Positions 1-14,475 of a stretch of 64,000 nt of DNA are shown piece by piece. Location: the NCBI GenBank assembly GCA_964016885.1, contig OZ024752.1, positions 14,570,001 through 14,634,000 on the forward strand, read 5' to 3'. The position numbers and the translations under genes are program-made. The stretch is from Eledone cirrhosa (lineage: Eukaryota). The notes below the pieces were generated by a model. The model searched no databases. It worked only from the letters and a program-made list of their open reading frames with translations, and was not told the DNA's origin. Every line of letters begins with the position of its first letter. Within the stretch, counting starts at the first letter, position 1.

Positions 1-90
1 ACTCATATATACAAATACATACGCATCCATATATGCGTATATACATAAAAAACCACTACAACCTCACATAAACTCAGACATACAAATAAA
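1..90 (-). repeat. Inverted copy of the PLE-A1 3' UTR joined to the 5'-truncated ORF (runs off window start)
   Basis: 1-90 is the reverse complement of about 4495-4584; it joins the ORF at an AAAA microhomology (compare 46588-46610). Confidence 0.85.
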
Positions 91-121
91 AATCCATGTC
101 CACTCGGACAAAACTGGTAAC

Positions 122-2206
122 TTGTATCATATGGATATTGAACATTATAATGAGTTCATATATAAAGAACTCAGAAAAAATTATAAAAAATCTAATAATG
201 TGTCACTCACCAACATCAACAACAAAACACACAACATAGTAAAAAAACTAAACATTGAAGATAGAACTGAACCTTTGGCATTGAAAAGACCACACTTCAA
301 CCTGAAAGATCACAAATCTAACTTTAACTCAAATCCTTCTATTAGACTTATATGTCCCTCCAAATCAGATATTGGAATAATTAGCAAAAAAATTTTAGAT
401 AGAGTCATTCCACAAATAAGAAAACACGTTATTTTACCACTCTGGGAAAACACCTCCCAGGTAATTAACTGGTTTAAAAATATTAGGTGTAAATCTTCTG
501 CTTCTTTCCTACAATTTGATATAGATAATTACTATTCTTCTATATCACCTATACTCCTGAACAAAGCATTGATATTTGCTAAAAATAGATCTAACTTAAC
601 TTTGGATGACATTAACATTATTACACATGCTAGACTAACACTTATTGAATTTCAGAATGAATACTGGACCAGAAACACATACAGTAATCTTTTTGATATT
701 ACTATGGGTTCAAGCGATTCCGCCCAAATTACTGATCTTGTGGGCCTCTTTCTCCTTTTCAACATAAATGCCTCTTTTCCCCACCTCAAAGGTGGTTTAT
801 ATCGTGATGACTGTCTTCTTCTTTCTAACAACCTTAGCCTTTCAGAAATCGAAAAAAACAAAAAACATATTAGAACTTTCCTTAAAGACTATTATAATCT
901 TAATATTACTTTTGAAAAAACAAGTAAAGTAGTAAATTTCCTAGATATAACTTTAGATTTAGCTACGGGTATCTACCAACCTTACCATAAACCTAACCAA
1001 AACTTACATTACATACACTCACAATCTAATCACCCTAAATCTATCCTTAAAAACCTTGCATATAATATATCACTTAGAATTTCTAACCTTTCTTCTAACC
1101 AAGATGTATTTGATAAAAATGCGACCTTCTATAACGAAGCTCTAGATAGAAGTGGCCACAAAAATAGATTAGAGTATATACCTTCTACTAAAAATACTGA
1201 AAGCATACAACATAATATTACCAACAAACACCAAATGAAAAGTACACACCTAAATGCCACCCACACTATACCCCAAAATACTAAATCTTCTAATATAAAG
1301 TATAGTAACTCTCAAAAAACTACTCATCATACAACTATAATAAATATTAATAATAAAACTCCTAATAAAAAGGATAAAACACCTAAATCTACAAATATAA
1401 CTAAAAATAGTTGTGGTGAGATCATTAACATTAATCCTCCTAGTAAAAATCACGATACAACCTATAAAAATAATAAAAATAATAAACAACATAGAAACCG
1501 TAATAGACGGGTTACTTGGTATAATGCTCCTTTTAATTTACAAGTTAAGGATAATATTGCTAAAAAATTTTTTTATATCCTTGAGAAAAACTTCCCGCCA
1601 AACCACAAATACCATCAAATCTTAAATAGGTCTACAGTTAAATTCTCATACTCTACAACAAATAACATAAAACAAAATATAAGTGCATATAATGCATATA
1701 AATGTAAGAAAACCATAAGTATACCACCAGTACATCAAATTAACCATAATATCTCCTCAAATACAGAATTAACGAAAGGATGTAACTGTAGAAACAAAGC
1801 AAACTGCCCATTAAAAGGGAATTGTCTTGTTAACAACATAGTCTATAAATGTAATGTTAAAACTAAAGATTCTATTTGCTCATATATAGGAGCTACCTCT
1901 AACAATTTTAAGACAAGGTTTAATACCCACAAGCATAGTTTTAAAAATGCCGCACTGGCTAATACAACATCTCTAGCAGAAAAAATCAATAGTTATAAAA
2001 ATAAGAATATAAAATATGATTTGACCTGGAGTGTGCTCAAAAGAGCCACCCCTTATCAAAATAATAGAAATGAATGTAGATTATGTTCCCAAGAACTATT
2101 TGAAATAATGAAGTCTAAGGATATCTTATTAAATAAACGACAGGAATTAATTATATCGTGTAATCATAAATTAAAAAAAACATTTAAATATTATAAACCT
2201 AATTAA
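122..2206 (+). CDS. PLE reverse transcriptase + GIY-YIG endonuclease (N-terminally truncated, otherwise open); Hydra-clade-like
   Basis: RT motifs KDHK..RLI, FDIDNYYSSI, MGS, GGLYRDD, VNFLDI, thumb YIH..SNHP; CxCx5C linker (CNCRNKANC); VYKC...YIG, RF..H, CRLC..E, LN of GIY-YIG. Confidence 0.93.
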   Translation: MYHMDIEHYNEFIYKELRKNYKKSNNVSLTNINNKTHNIVKKLNIEDRTEPLALKRPHFNLKDHKSNFNSNPSIRLICPSKSDIGIISKKILDRVIPQIRKHVILPLWENTSQVINWFKNIRCKSSASFLQFDIDNYYSSISPILLNKALIFAKNRSNLTLDDINIITHARLTLIEFQNEYWTRNTYSNLFDITMGSSDSAQITDLVGLFLLFNINASFPHLKGGLYRDDCLLLSNNLSLSEIEKNKKHIRTFLKDYYNLNITFEKTSKVVNFLDITLDLATGIYQPYHKPNQNLHYIHSQSNHPKSILKNLAYNISLRISNLSSNQDVFDKNATFYNEALDRSGHKNRLEYIPSTKNTESIQHNITNKHQMKSTHLNATHTIPQNTKSSNIKYSNSQKTTHHTTIININNKTPNKKDKTPKSTNITKNSCGEIININPPSKNHDTTYKNNKNNKQHRNRNRRVTWYNAPFNLQVKDNIAKKFFYILEKNFPPNHKYHQILNRSTVKFSYSTTNNIKQNISAYNAYKCKKTISIPPVHQINHNISSNTELTKGCNCRNKANCPLKGNCLVNNIVYKCNVKTKDSICSYIGATSNNFKTRFNTHKHSFKNAALANTTSLAEKINSYKNKNIKYDLTWSVLKRATPYQNNRNECRLCSQELFEIMKSKDILLNKRQELIISCNHKLKKTFKYYKPN

Positions 2207-2728
2207 TAACATTATTTTAGAAATTAATTTAATTTAAATGTTAGTTAACCTATAAATTTAATTTAATTAATATTTTATTACAGATGAGAATATAAAATAT
2301 TATGTAATCATAAATTGTGAAAAACCTTTAAATATTACTAATATATACTTAGTAATTTAATTTATAGATTAATTTTAACTTATTTAAACCTTTTATTATA
2401 ATTCTTTTACAGATAAAATATAACAAAATAATATCGTGTATCCAATGACAGAGAAATAATTTTTAGTATTATAGACCTAATTAATATACATTTTAGAAAT
2501 ATATTTATTATTTGGTTTTAGTTTTAATCAACCTAAAATTTTAATTTTAATTTGCTTAAAATTAGTATCCTTATACAGACGAATTGCAGAATGTCATGTA
2601 ATCATAGAATGGGATGTGTTTTGGATATATACCTAGTTAATATATTCTATGCAATTTTTTGAAAAAGATATGTATATGTATATGTGTATGTGTATGTGTG
2701 TGTGTGTATGTATATGTGTATGTATGTA

Positions 2729-2771
<43 letters not shown>

Positions 2772-3889
2772 ATATATATGTATATATGTATGTGTATGTA
2801 TATGTATATGTATGCGTATTAATTTTGATTTCTATTTGCATATAATTATATTATGCTATTGATGAAATACAATATCTGCTTTATGTATTGTATACCTAAT
2901 TAACATATACTATTGAAATAAATATATAATTTTTAATTTAGTTAACATATAATTTATATTCTACTACCGATGTAATACTTTATTTTATTTTTATTTGTGG
3001 TTTTTTTTTTCCCTATTACTAAATTCATTTCCTAATATTGATACCATAACGTTATTAACTTTAATTTAGTTATACTGTAATTAATAATCTACTACTGTTT
3101 AACTTCAAAATTCTGCTTCAAATATTATAAACCTAACTAATTTACACCTTAGAAGTCAATATGTTGACTATCTTTGGTTTAGTTAACATATGATTAATGG
3201 TATACTTATTTATTTTGAGATGCATAGATTTTGCCTTAGTTCTTGTTGGTTGTATTTCCTAACACTGAAAATATGTAAGAACATACATTGGATAAAGATA
3301 CGGAAAATATTCTATGTTTCTTGAAACATATATTTACTTTGATCCCCTTCTCCAAACCCCCCCTTTCCCCCATACTATTATCATCTGTATTTGTAAGCGT
3401 CTATGTATGAATATATGTGTAGGTAGGTGTCTATATAGGTTTGGGTATTTATATCTAAATATAAAAATACATATATGCGCATGCAAATATGAATGTAAGA
3501 TTGCGTGTGTATATATGAGTGTGTATATGTATGTATATATGTGTATATATGCATTATATATGTATGTGTATGTGAATGTGTGTACGTATATGTGTATGTA
3601 TGTGTATATATGTGTATATATGTGTATGTATGTATATATAGGAATATATATATGTATATATATATGTATATGTATATGCGTGTGTATGTATGTGTGTGTA
3701 TGTGTGTTGTATATATATGTATGTCTCTCTATTTATATGTTTATCTTCGTATCTATGTGATATATGTGTGTGTGTGTGCATGTATGCATATGTATGTGTT
3801 TATGTGTATTTGTGTGTGTGTGTGTATATATGTGTGTGTGCACACACACACATATATATATGTGAGTGTGTATATGTGTCTGTGTATAT

Positions 3890-3960
<71 letters not shown>

Positions 3961-4050
3961 TGTCTATGTGTGAATATATGTCTATATTCGTATGTGTGTA
4001 TTTATGTATGTATATGTTTATATGTATGTATGTATATGTATGTATGTATG

Positions 4051-4099
<49 letters not shown>

Positions 4100-4218
4100 C
4101 TTTATTATTATAATATAACTTATGTGTATGTGTGTATAAGTGAGGTTGTGTATGTGTATATAATATGTGTATATATAAGTGTAAAAAAATATATATATAT
4201 GTGCATGTCTGTTTTTTA

Positions 4219-4253
<35 letters not shown>

Positions 4254-4386
4254 GCGTGTGTATATATATGTATATGTGGGTGTTTGTATGTGTATTTATG
4301 GTGGTATAAGTGTGTGGATATCTATGTGTATATATATATTTATATATATGTATGAGTGTATGTGTGTGTATATATATATATATATA

Positions 4387-4417
<31 letters not shown>

Positions 4418-4809
4418 GGGTATGTATGTGTGTATATATATATCTCTATTAATGCGTGTGTGTATGTATATACATATGCCTTTTTATTATTATTTTTATT
4501 TGTATGTCTGAGTTTATGTGAGGTTGTAGTGGTTTTTTATGTATATACGCATATATGGATGCGTATGTATTTGTATATATGAGTATAAGTAAGTACATAT
4601 GTATGTATGATTATATATCTAATTCTATGTATGAATATACAAGTATATATATATGTGTGTATGTAAGTTGTGTGTGTATGTATCTATATGTCTATGTGTG
4701 TGTATATATATATATATATATATGTATGTCGATGTGCGTATATGTACATGTATGTACATGTATGTGTGTGTGTATGTGTATGTATATTTAGATGTATGTG
4801 TATGTATAT

Positions 4810-4841
<32 letters not shown>

Positions 4842-5654
4842 ATATATATATATGGGTATATATCTTTATTATTTATTTTTTATATATATGTGTATGTGTG
4901 TATGTGTTGCGTGCGTGTGTGTGTATATATATATCTTTATATATGTGTATGTGTATGTTCGTGTAGGTGTATGTGTGTGTATGACTGTATATGTATGTGT
5001 GTATGTGTATGCGTAAATATTTCTATGTGTGTGTACATGTATGTATGTGTATATATCTGTATGTGTATGTATATTATATTATATTTATTATATTTTATTG
5101 TTTTATTTTTTTATTTTTCTTAATTTATAGATACATTTATATTAGGCAGTCTGCTCAGACAATTGAACACTGACCCCTCCCCCCCTCCCACCTAATTTCT
5201 GTATCTTGATCTAAAAATGTGTGTACCAGTGTTTTATGTGAGTGAATTAATATCCATGTGCTTATGATTTTATATCCACATATATAAATGTGAGTGGGGG
5301 TGTGTGTGTGTTTGTATGTTCGTGGTTATGTGTATATTTATGCATATACGCGCGTGTATGTGTGATTGTACTGATATGTGTGAGTATGAAAAAATATATT
5401 TATATACTTGATTTCATAAGTATCAATGCGCATCTTATCTGCGCATTGTAAGCTTACAGAGACATTAACCTTGAAATTTTGTATTTGCATCCATCCTTTT
5501 AGTATGCGTATACAAATTATACATACATTTTTGTAAAATATGTGTAAGGGTTTTACATGTATATACACACACCAAACTGCATTTAACCCTTTGTGTTTTC
5601 ATTGGTCAATTTTGAACTGAAATTTTGAATTGTTGTTATTATCAATAAATATAC

Positions 5655-5809
5655 TTCATTATTTCTGAAGACGGCGTATATATGTGTTTGGTATGTATAT
5701 TTAATCTTGATAATTTGTATAATTTTGTATAATTTTGTACATAGATCTGTTGAATATGCATACCAATTCTAACACATATATATCCTAGAAACGATCGTTA
5801 AATAATGAA
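5655..5809 (+). ncRNA. Type I hammerhead ribozyme, family A (long stem II)
   Basis: Stem I TTCATTATTT/AAATAATGAA; core CTGAAGA 5665-5671; about 115-nt stem II; GAAA 5788-5791; palindromic CGATCG; GUU site, cleavage after 5799. Confidence 0.88.
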
Positions 5810-5854
5810 CTTTTTTTGTTTAATATAAGGAATTGTTTATTCATTATTTGTTTA

Positions 5855-6992
<1,138 letters not shown>

Positions 6993-7037
6993 TAAACAAA
7001 TAATGAACAAACAATTCCTTATATTAAACAAAAAAAG

Positions 7038-7188
7038 TTCACTATTTAACGATCGTTTCTAGGGTATATATGTGTTATAATTGGTATGCATATTTAACAG
7101 ATCTATGTACAAAATTATACAAAATTATACAAATTATCAAGATTAAATATACATACCTAACTCATATATACGCCGTCTTCAGAAATAA
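7038..7188 (-). ncRNA. Type I hammerhead, family A (inverted copy)
   Basis: Reverse complement reads CTGAAGA...GAAACGATCGTT with partial stem I. Confidence 0.75.
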
Positions 7189-7189
7189 T

Positions 7190-7340
7190 TTATTTCTGAA
7201 GACGGCGTATATATGAGTTAGGTATGTATATTTAATCTTGATAATTTGTATAATTTTGTATAATTTTGTACATAGATCTGTTAAATATGCATACCAATTA
7301 TAACACATATATACCCTAGAAACGATCGTTAAATAGTGAA
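7190..7340 (+). ncRNA. Type I hammerhead, family A
   Basis: TTATTT-CTGAAGA...GAAACGATCGTT-AAATAG. Confidence 0.8.
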
Positions 7341-7528
7341 CTTTTTTTGTTTAATATAAGGAATTGTTTGTTCATTATTTGTTTAATATTTTATCTTGAC
7401 TCTGTATACCGTTTATCTTTCACCGAAAGTGGATTTTCATTACATCTCTTCTTTCCATGATATCCGGAATACATTGAGTTCTTCATACGGATTGGACACT
7501 ACCGTAAACTCTTGGTAGATTTATCTAC

Positions 7529-7561
<33 letters not shown>

Positions 7562-7757
7562 TATATATATATATTTATATATATATATTTATATATATAT
7601 ATTTATATATATATATTTATATATATATATTTATATATATATATTTATATATATATATTTATATATATATATTTATATATATATATTTATATATATATAT
7701 TTATATATATATATTTATATATATATATTTATATATATATATTTATATATATATATT

Positions 7758-7788
<31 letters not shown>

Positions 7789-7794
7789 ATATAC

Positions 7795-8356
7795 AAAATT
7801 ACAGGTCTGTTTGGGAACAGAGTTCAAATTGACCAATGAAAACACAAAAAGTTTATACAGTTAGGTGTATGTATATATGTAAGTAACTTCGTTCACAGAT
7901 ATGCATAAAAATATATATGTTCACATGCATACGCATGCCGAAAAGATGTATGTAAATACAAAAATTCAGGGCTAATGTCTCTGTATGTTTATAATCTACA
8001 GATAAAATACGTATACACATATAAACATATAAATATAAAAATAAATATATACACATTCATATACTCACACATATACATACATTCACACACACACGCGCGT
8101 ATACGCATAAACATACACACAACCACGAACATACATACACACACACACTCACACACACATATATGTGTATATACCATTATCATAAGCATATGGACATTAA
8201 TGCGCGCACATAAACACTGCCACACATATTTAGATCCAGATACAGAAAGTAGGGGGGGGGAGAGGTCAGTATTCACCGGTGTCAGCAAACTGCCTATTTA
8301 TAAATGTATCTATAAATTTAGAAATAAAAATAAAAAGAAAAAAGTAAAATATTAAG

Positions 8357-8360
<4 letters not shown>
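7795..8360 (-). mobile_element. Family A 3' UTR/pLTR fragment, minus strand
   Basis: Reverse complement of about 13720-14292. Confidence 0.85.
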
Positions 8361-8392
<32 letters not shown>

Positions 8393-8680
8393 CAAATAAC
8401 GAAACGAAATTAAATTTCGTTTCGTTTGTAACTCACTTTTGTATGACTGACGCTTAAACAATTAAGTTAAAAATGTACATCCACATATGTATACTGAAAT
8501 ACTAGTATGCATATGAATACACACACGTGTACATATGTAGATGTACCGAGTTTTTCACTGGTCACTTTACTATGAGTGTCCAGCTATTCTGTATGTAAAC
8601 ACACAGACAAACCGGTTTTTAGAGTCATACTGGTTTTTGAGGAAACACCTTTCCTCTATTCTCCAGAAAGCCAGACAAGG

Positions 8681-8725
8681 AATATTGGACTAGTTTCGAT
8701 GTTGTTACATCTCATCAGCAATATT
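8681..8725 (-). ncRNA. Type I minimal hammerhead ribozyme (GUC)
   Basis: Reverse complement: AATATTG-CTGATGA-GATGT AACA ACATC-GAAA-CTAG-TC-CAATATT. Confidence 0.92.
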
Positions 8726-9146
8726 TACCTATCTTCCGGCCTTTCTAGAGAATCGTAAAAGCACATATCGTTATATGCTTTTTCTATGAAAATTAGTAGT
8801 GGGCAGACTAATTTGCATAGAGCGTGAGTACGTACCGGTTCAGCGGAGACGATAAAAACAAATAACGAAACGAAATTAAATTTCGTTTCGTTTGTAACTC
8901 ACTTTTGTATGACTGACGCTTAAACAATTAAGTTAAAAATGTACATCCACATATGTATACTGAAATACTAGTATGCATATGAATACACACACGTGTACAT
9001 ATGTAGATGTACCGAGTTTTTCACTGGTCACTTTACTATGAGTGTCCAGCTATTCTGTATGTAAACACACAGACAAACCGGTTTTTAGAGTCATACTGGT
9101 TTTTGAGGAAACACCTTTCCTCTATTCTCCAGAAAGCCAGACAAGG

Positions 9147-9191
9147 AATATTGGACTAGTTTCGATGTTGTTACATCTCATCAGCAATATT
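9147..9191 (-). ncRNA. Type I minimal hammerhead ribozyme (GUC), second unit
   Basis: Identical to 8681-8725. Confidence 0.92.
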
Positions 9192-9642
9192 TACCTATCT
9201 TCCGGCCTTTCTAGAGAATCGTAAAAGCACATATCGTTATATGCTTTTTCTATGAAAATTAGTAGTGGGCAGACTAATTTGCATAGAGCGTGAGTACGTA
9301 CCGGTTCAGCGGAGACGATAAAAACAAATAACGAAACGAAATTAAATTTCGTTTCGTTTGTAACTCACTTTTGTATGACTGACGCTTAAACAATTAAGTT
9401 AAACATGTACATCCACATATGTATACTGAAATACTAGTATGCATATGAATACACACACGTGTACATATGTAGATGTACCAAGTTTTTCACTGGTCACTTT
9501 ACTATGAGTGTCCAGCTATTCTGTATGTAAACACACAGACAAACCGGTTTTTAGAGTCATACTGGTTTTTGAGGAAACACCTTTCCTCTATTCTCCAGAA
9601 AGACAGACATGGAATATAACGAAATATAACGATATGTGCTTT

Positions 9643-9711
<69 letters not shown>

Positions 9712-10007
9712 ATGTATATGTATGTATGTGTATATGTATGTGTATGTATATGTGTGTGTGTGTGTATGTGTGTATATATTTATATGTGTATATGTATCTC
9801 TATTTATATATGTATATATGTGTATGTATATCCCTTTATTTATGTATGTCTGAGTTGTGTGAGCGTGTGGTTGTGTTTGTATGTGTATACGCATACATGG
9901 ATGTGTATGGATGTGTATATATGCGTATATGTATGTGTGTATGTGTGTGTGTGTATATATGTATGTCTATGTATGAGTATGTATGTGTATGTATGTGTAT
10001 ATATATA

Positions 10008-10046
<39 letters not shown>

Positions 10047-10055
10047 TATATTATA

Positions 10056-10086
<31 letters not shown>

Positions 10087-10129
10087 CTTTGTATGTGTGT
10101 ATGTCTATATGTGTGTATGTATGTGTGTG

Positions 10130-10223
<94 letters not shown>

Positions 10224-10285
10224 GGTATGTATGTGTATGTGTGTATATACATGAGTGTGTTTATATATGTGTATAGATATATGTA

Positions 10286-10328
<43 letters not shown>

Positions 10329-10462
10329 GTGCGTTGTGAATGTATATATATATATGTATGTGTGTATATATATATATATATATGTGTGTGTATATATGTA
10401 TATGTCTATGTATTTATATGTGTATATGTATGTGTCTCTATATGTATGCGTGTGTGTATGTG

Positions 10463-10788
10463 TATATATAGGAGCTACTTCTAACAATTTTAAGGTAAGG
10501 TTTAATACCCACAAACATAGTTTTTAAAATGCCGCACTGGCTAATACAACATCTCTAGCAGAAAAAATCAATAGTTATAAAAATAAGAATATAGAATATG
10601 ATATGACCTGGAGTGTGCTCAAAAGAGCCACCCCTTATCAAAATAATAGAAATGAATGTAGATTATGTTCCCAAGAACTATTTGAAATAATGAAATCTAA
10701 GGATATCCTATTAAATAAACGACAGGAATTAATTATATCGTGTAATCATAAACTAAGAAAAACATTTAAATATTATAAACCTAATTAA
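10463..10788 (+). pseudogene. GIY-YIG endonuclease C-terminal fragment (nonsense codon at about 10525)
   Basis: [20 protein letters not shown] ... WSVLKRA..CRLCSQE, matching A1. Confidence 0.9.
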
Positions 10789-11115
10789 TAACATTATTTT
10801 AGAAATTAATATATAATTTAATTTAAATGTTAGTTAACCTATAAATTTAATTTAATTAAAATTCTACTACAGATGAGATTATAAAATATTGTGTAATCAT
10901 AAATTGTGAAAAACTTTTAAATATTACTAATATATACTTCGTAAATTAATTTGGTTAACCTAAAAATTTAATTTAATTGGCTTAAAATTAAAATCCTAAT
11001 TCAGATGGATTGCAGAGTGTCATGTAATCATAGACTGAGAGAGGTTTGGATGTATACCTAGTTAATATATTCTTTGCAATTTTTGAAAAAATATGTATGT
11101 ATATATATATATGTA

Positions 11116-11212
<97 letters not shown>

Positions 11213-11862
11213 GTGTATATATGAATTTTATTTTCTGTTTACCTATAATTATATTCTACTATAGATAAAATACAATATCTGTTTTAATTATTATAAACCA
11301 AATTAACATATACTATAGAAATTAATATATAATTTTTAATTTAGTTAACCTATAATTTATATTCTACTACCGATGTCATATTTTATTTGGTTTTTTTCCC
11401 TATTACTAAATTAATTTCCTAATATTGATACCATAACGTTAATAATTTTAATTTAGTTATACTATAGTTAATACTCTACTACTATTTAACTTCAAAATTC
11501 CGCTTCAAATATTATAAACCTAAGTAGTATACACCTTAGAAATCAATATATTAACTATCTTTAATTTAGTTAACCTATAATTAACAGTCCACTTATATTA
11601 AAATGCATAATTTTGCCTTCTTTCTTACATTTCCTAATACTGAAACTACAATGTAAATATATATTATGATCTAAATGCAGATTAATATTCTATGTTTCTT
11701 GAAACCTATATTTACTATAATCCCCCCCCCCCCTCCCCCCTATTATTATTTGTATTTGTAAGCGTGGATGTATGTATGTATATGTAGGTAGGTATGTATG
11801 TTTGGGTGTTTGTATGTGAGTATAAAAATACATATGTGCGCATGTAAATAAGGGTGTATGAT

Positions 11863-11933
<71 letters not shown>

Positions 11934-12073
11934 GTATATATATGTATATATATATATATGTATCTATGTATTTATGTGGGTATATGTGTGTATGTATATG
12001 TATGCGCATATATACGTCTATGTGTATATGTGTGTATATGTATATATGTACGTATGTGCGCATGTATATGTGA

Positions 12074-12114
<41 letters not shown>

Positions 12115-12115
<1 letters not shown>

Positions 12116-12495
12116 ACGATATTGAATGAATGGAGGATGTATTTGTAGCGCCATATTTGTTTCATTATATATGTTTCAGGGATGTCATATTGACGGTGTG
12201 TTGTGCCTTCTTCAGACAAAATACAATATAGACAGTTTTATAAATAAATAGATTTGACATACCGTTCAACATCGACTTGTATATGAAAAGTTGATTTGGC
12301 CGTATTTTATCTGGGGAGGGCATAACATATTGTTAGTGTGATGTCCCTGAGGTATGTATGATGAAATAGATGTGGTTTTGTAGATGTAGTTTCCATTTAT
12401 TTAGTATCGTAAATATACTCCAAATACTTGTTGAGTACTTTTATATCAGTTATAAATATTTACTAGTTGTAACCCAACAATTTAAATATAACTTT

Positions 12496-12497
<2 letters not shown>
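12115..12497 (+). mobile_element. Family B HHR-bearing fold-back insertion with A>G hypermutation in both arms
   Basis: Arms 12115-12224 and 12301-12411; homologous to 42525-42720, 44328-44527 and 19912-20210; absent from the equivalent (TA)n at about 41925 and about 50110. Confidence 0.88.
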
Positions 12498-12531
<34 letters not shown>

Positions 12532-12709
12532 AGCTGATGTGTGTATGTGTATATATATATATATATGTATGTATATGTATGTATATATATATATATATAT
12601 ATGTATGTATATATATGTGTATATGTATGTGTGTGCATATTTGTCTGACTGTGTGTATTAATTAATTAATTAATTTATTTATTTTATTTCTTTATTTTTT
12701 TATATATAT

Positions 12710-12767
<58 letters not shown>

Positions 12768-13093
12768 GTGTGTGTATATATATGTGTGTGTATATGTATG
12801 TATGTGTATATGTATGTGTATGTATATGTGTGTGTGTGTGTATGTGTGTATATATTTATATGTGTATATGTATCTCTATTTATATATGTATATATGTGTA
12901 TGTATATCCCTTTATTTATGTATGTCTGAGTTGTGTGAGCGTGTGGTTGTGTTTGTATGGGTATACGCATACATGGATGTGTATGTGTGTGTATATATGC
13001 GTATATGTATGTGTGTATGTGTGTGTGTATATATGTATGTCTATGTATGAGTATGTATGTGTATGTATGTGTATATATATATGTGTGTGTGTG

Positions 13094-13168
<75 letters not shown>

Positions 13169-13177
13169 TATATTATA

Positions 13178-13216
<39 letters not shown>

Positions 13217-13259
13217 TTGTATGTGTGTATGTCTATATGTGTGTATGTATGTGTGTGTG

Positions 13260-13292
<33 letters not shown>

Positions 13293-13657
13293 GTGTATAT
13301 ATATATATGTGTGGGTATGTATGTGTATGTGTGTATATACATGAGTGTGTTTATATATGTGTATAGATATAGTATATATATATATATATATATATAGATA
13401 TATATGTGTGTCGTGAATGTATATATATATATGTATGTGTGTATATATATATATATATGTGTGTGTATATATGTATATGTCTATGTATTTATATGTGTAT
13501 ATGTATGTGTCTCTATATGTATGCGTGTGTGTATGTGTATATGTATTTATATGGTGTGTGTATGTATATGTATGTATATGTATATAAGTGTATGTGTGTA
13601 TATATATATATATATATGTATGTGTATGTATATCGATGTATATTTTATATTTTACTT

Positions 13658-13717
<60 letters not shown>

Positions 13718-14321
13718 ATATTTTCTTAATATTTCTCTTTTTTATTTTTCATTTTATTTCTAAATTTATAGATACATTTATAAATAGGCAGTTTGCTGAC
13801 ACCGGTGAATACTGACCTCTTCCCCCCCCCCCCAATTACTTTCTGTATCTGGATCTAAATATGTGTGGCAGTGTTTATGTGCGCGCATTAATGTCCATAT
13901 GCTTATGATAATGGTATATACACATATATGTGTGTGTGAGTGTGTGTGTGTATGTATGTTCGTGGTTGTGTGTATGTTTATGCGTATACGCGCGTTTGTG
14001 AGTGAATGTATGTATATGTGTGAGTATATGAATGTGTATATATTTATTTTTATATTTATATGTTTATATGCGTATACGTATTTTATCTGTAGATTATAAA
14101 CATACAGAGACATTAGCCCTGAATTTTTGTATTTACATACATCTTTTCGGCATGCGTATGCATGTGAACATATATATTTTTATGCATATCTGTGAACGAA
14201 GTTACTTACATATATACATACACCTAACTGTATAAACTTTTTGTGTTTTCATTGGTCAATTTGAACTCTGTTCCCAAACAGACCTGTAATTTTGAATTGT
14301 TGTTATTATCAATAAATATAT

Positions 14322-14475
14322 TTCATTATTTCTGAAGACGGCATATATATGTGTTGGTATGTATATTTAATTTTGATAGTTTGTATAATTTTGTATAATT
14401 TTGTACATAGATCTGTTGAATATGCATGCCAATTCTAACACATATATATCCTAGAAACGATCGTTAAATAATGAA
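14322..14475 (+). ncRNA. Type I hammerhead, family A
   Basis: Same architecture as 5655-5809. Confidence 0.88.

Larger units (their letters stand above)
8388..9645 (-). repeat. Tandem array of a 466-bp unit (about 2.6 copies) with one HHR per complete unit; retrozyme-like
   Basis: Identical text at 8576/9042/9508 (period 466); flanked by (TA)n; short inverted piece at about 9624-9645. Confidence 0.92.

Noticed and set aside
8576-9224. Repeated 60-aa ORF in the 466-bp unit
   Set aside because: Short, GTG start, antisense to the ribozyme, no recognisable motif.
8388-9645. CRISPR-like or ordinary satellite array
   Set aside because: No repeat-spacer structure and a eukaryotic context; the embedded HHR explains it better.
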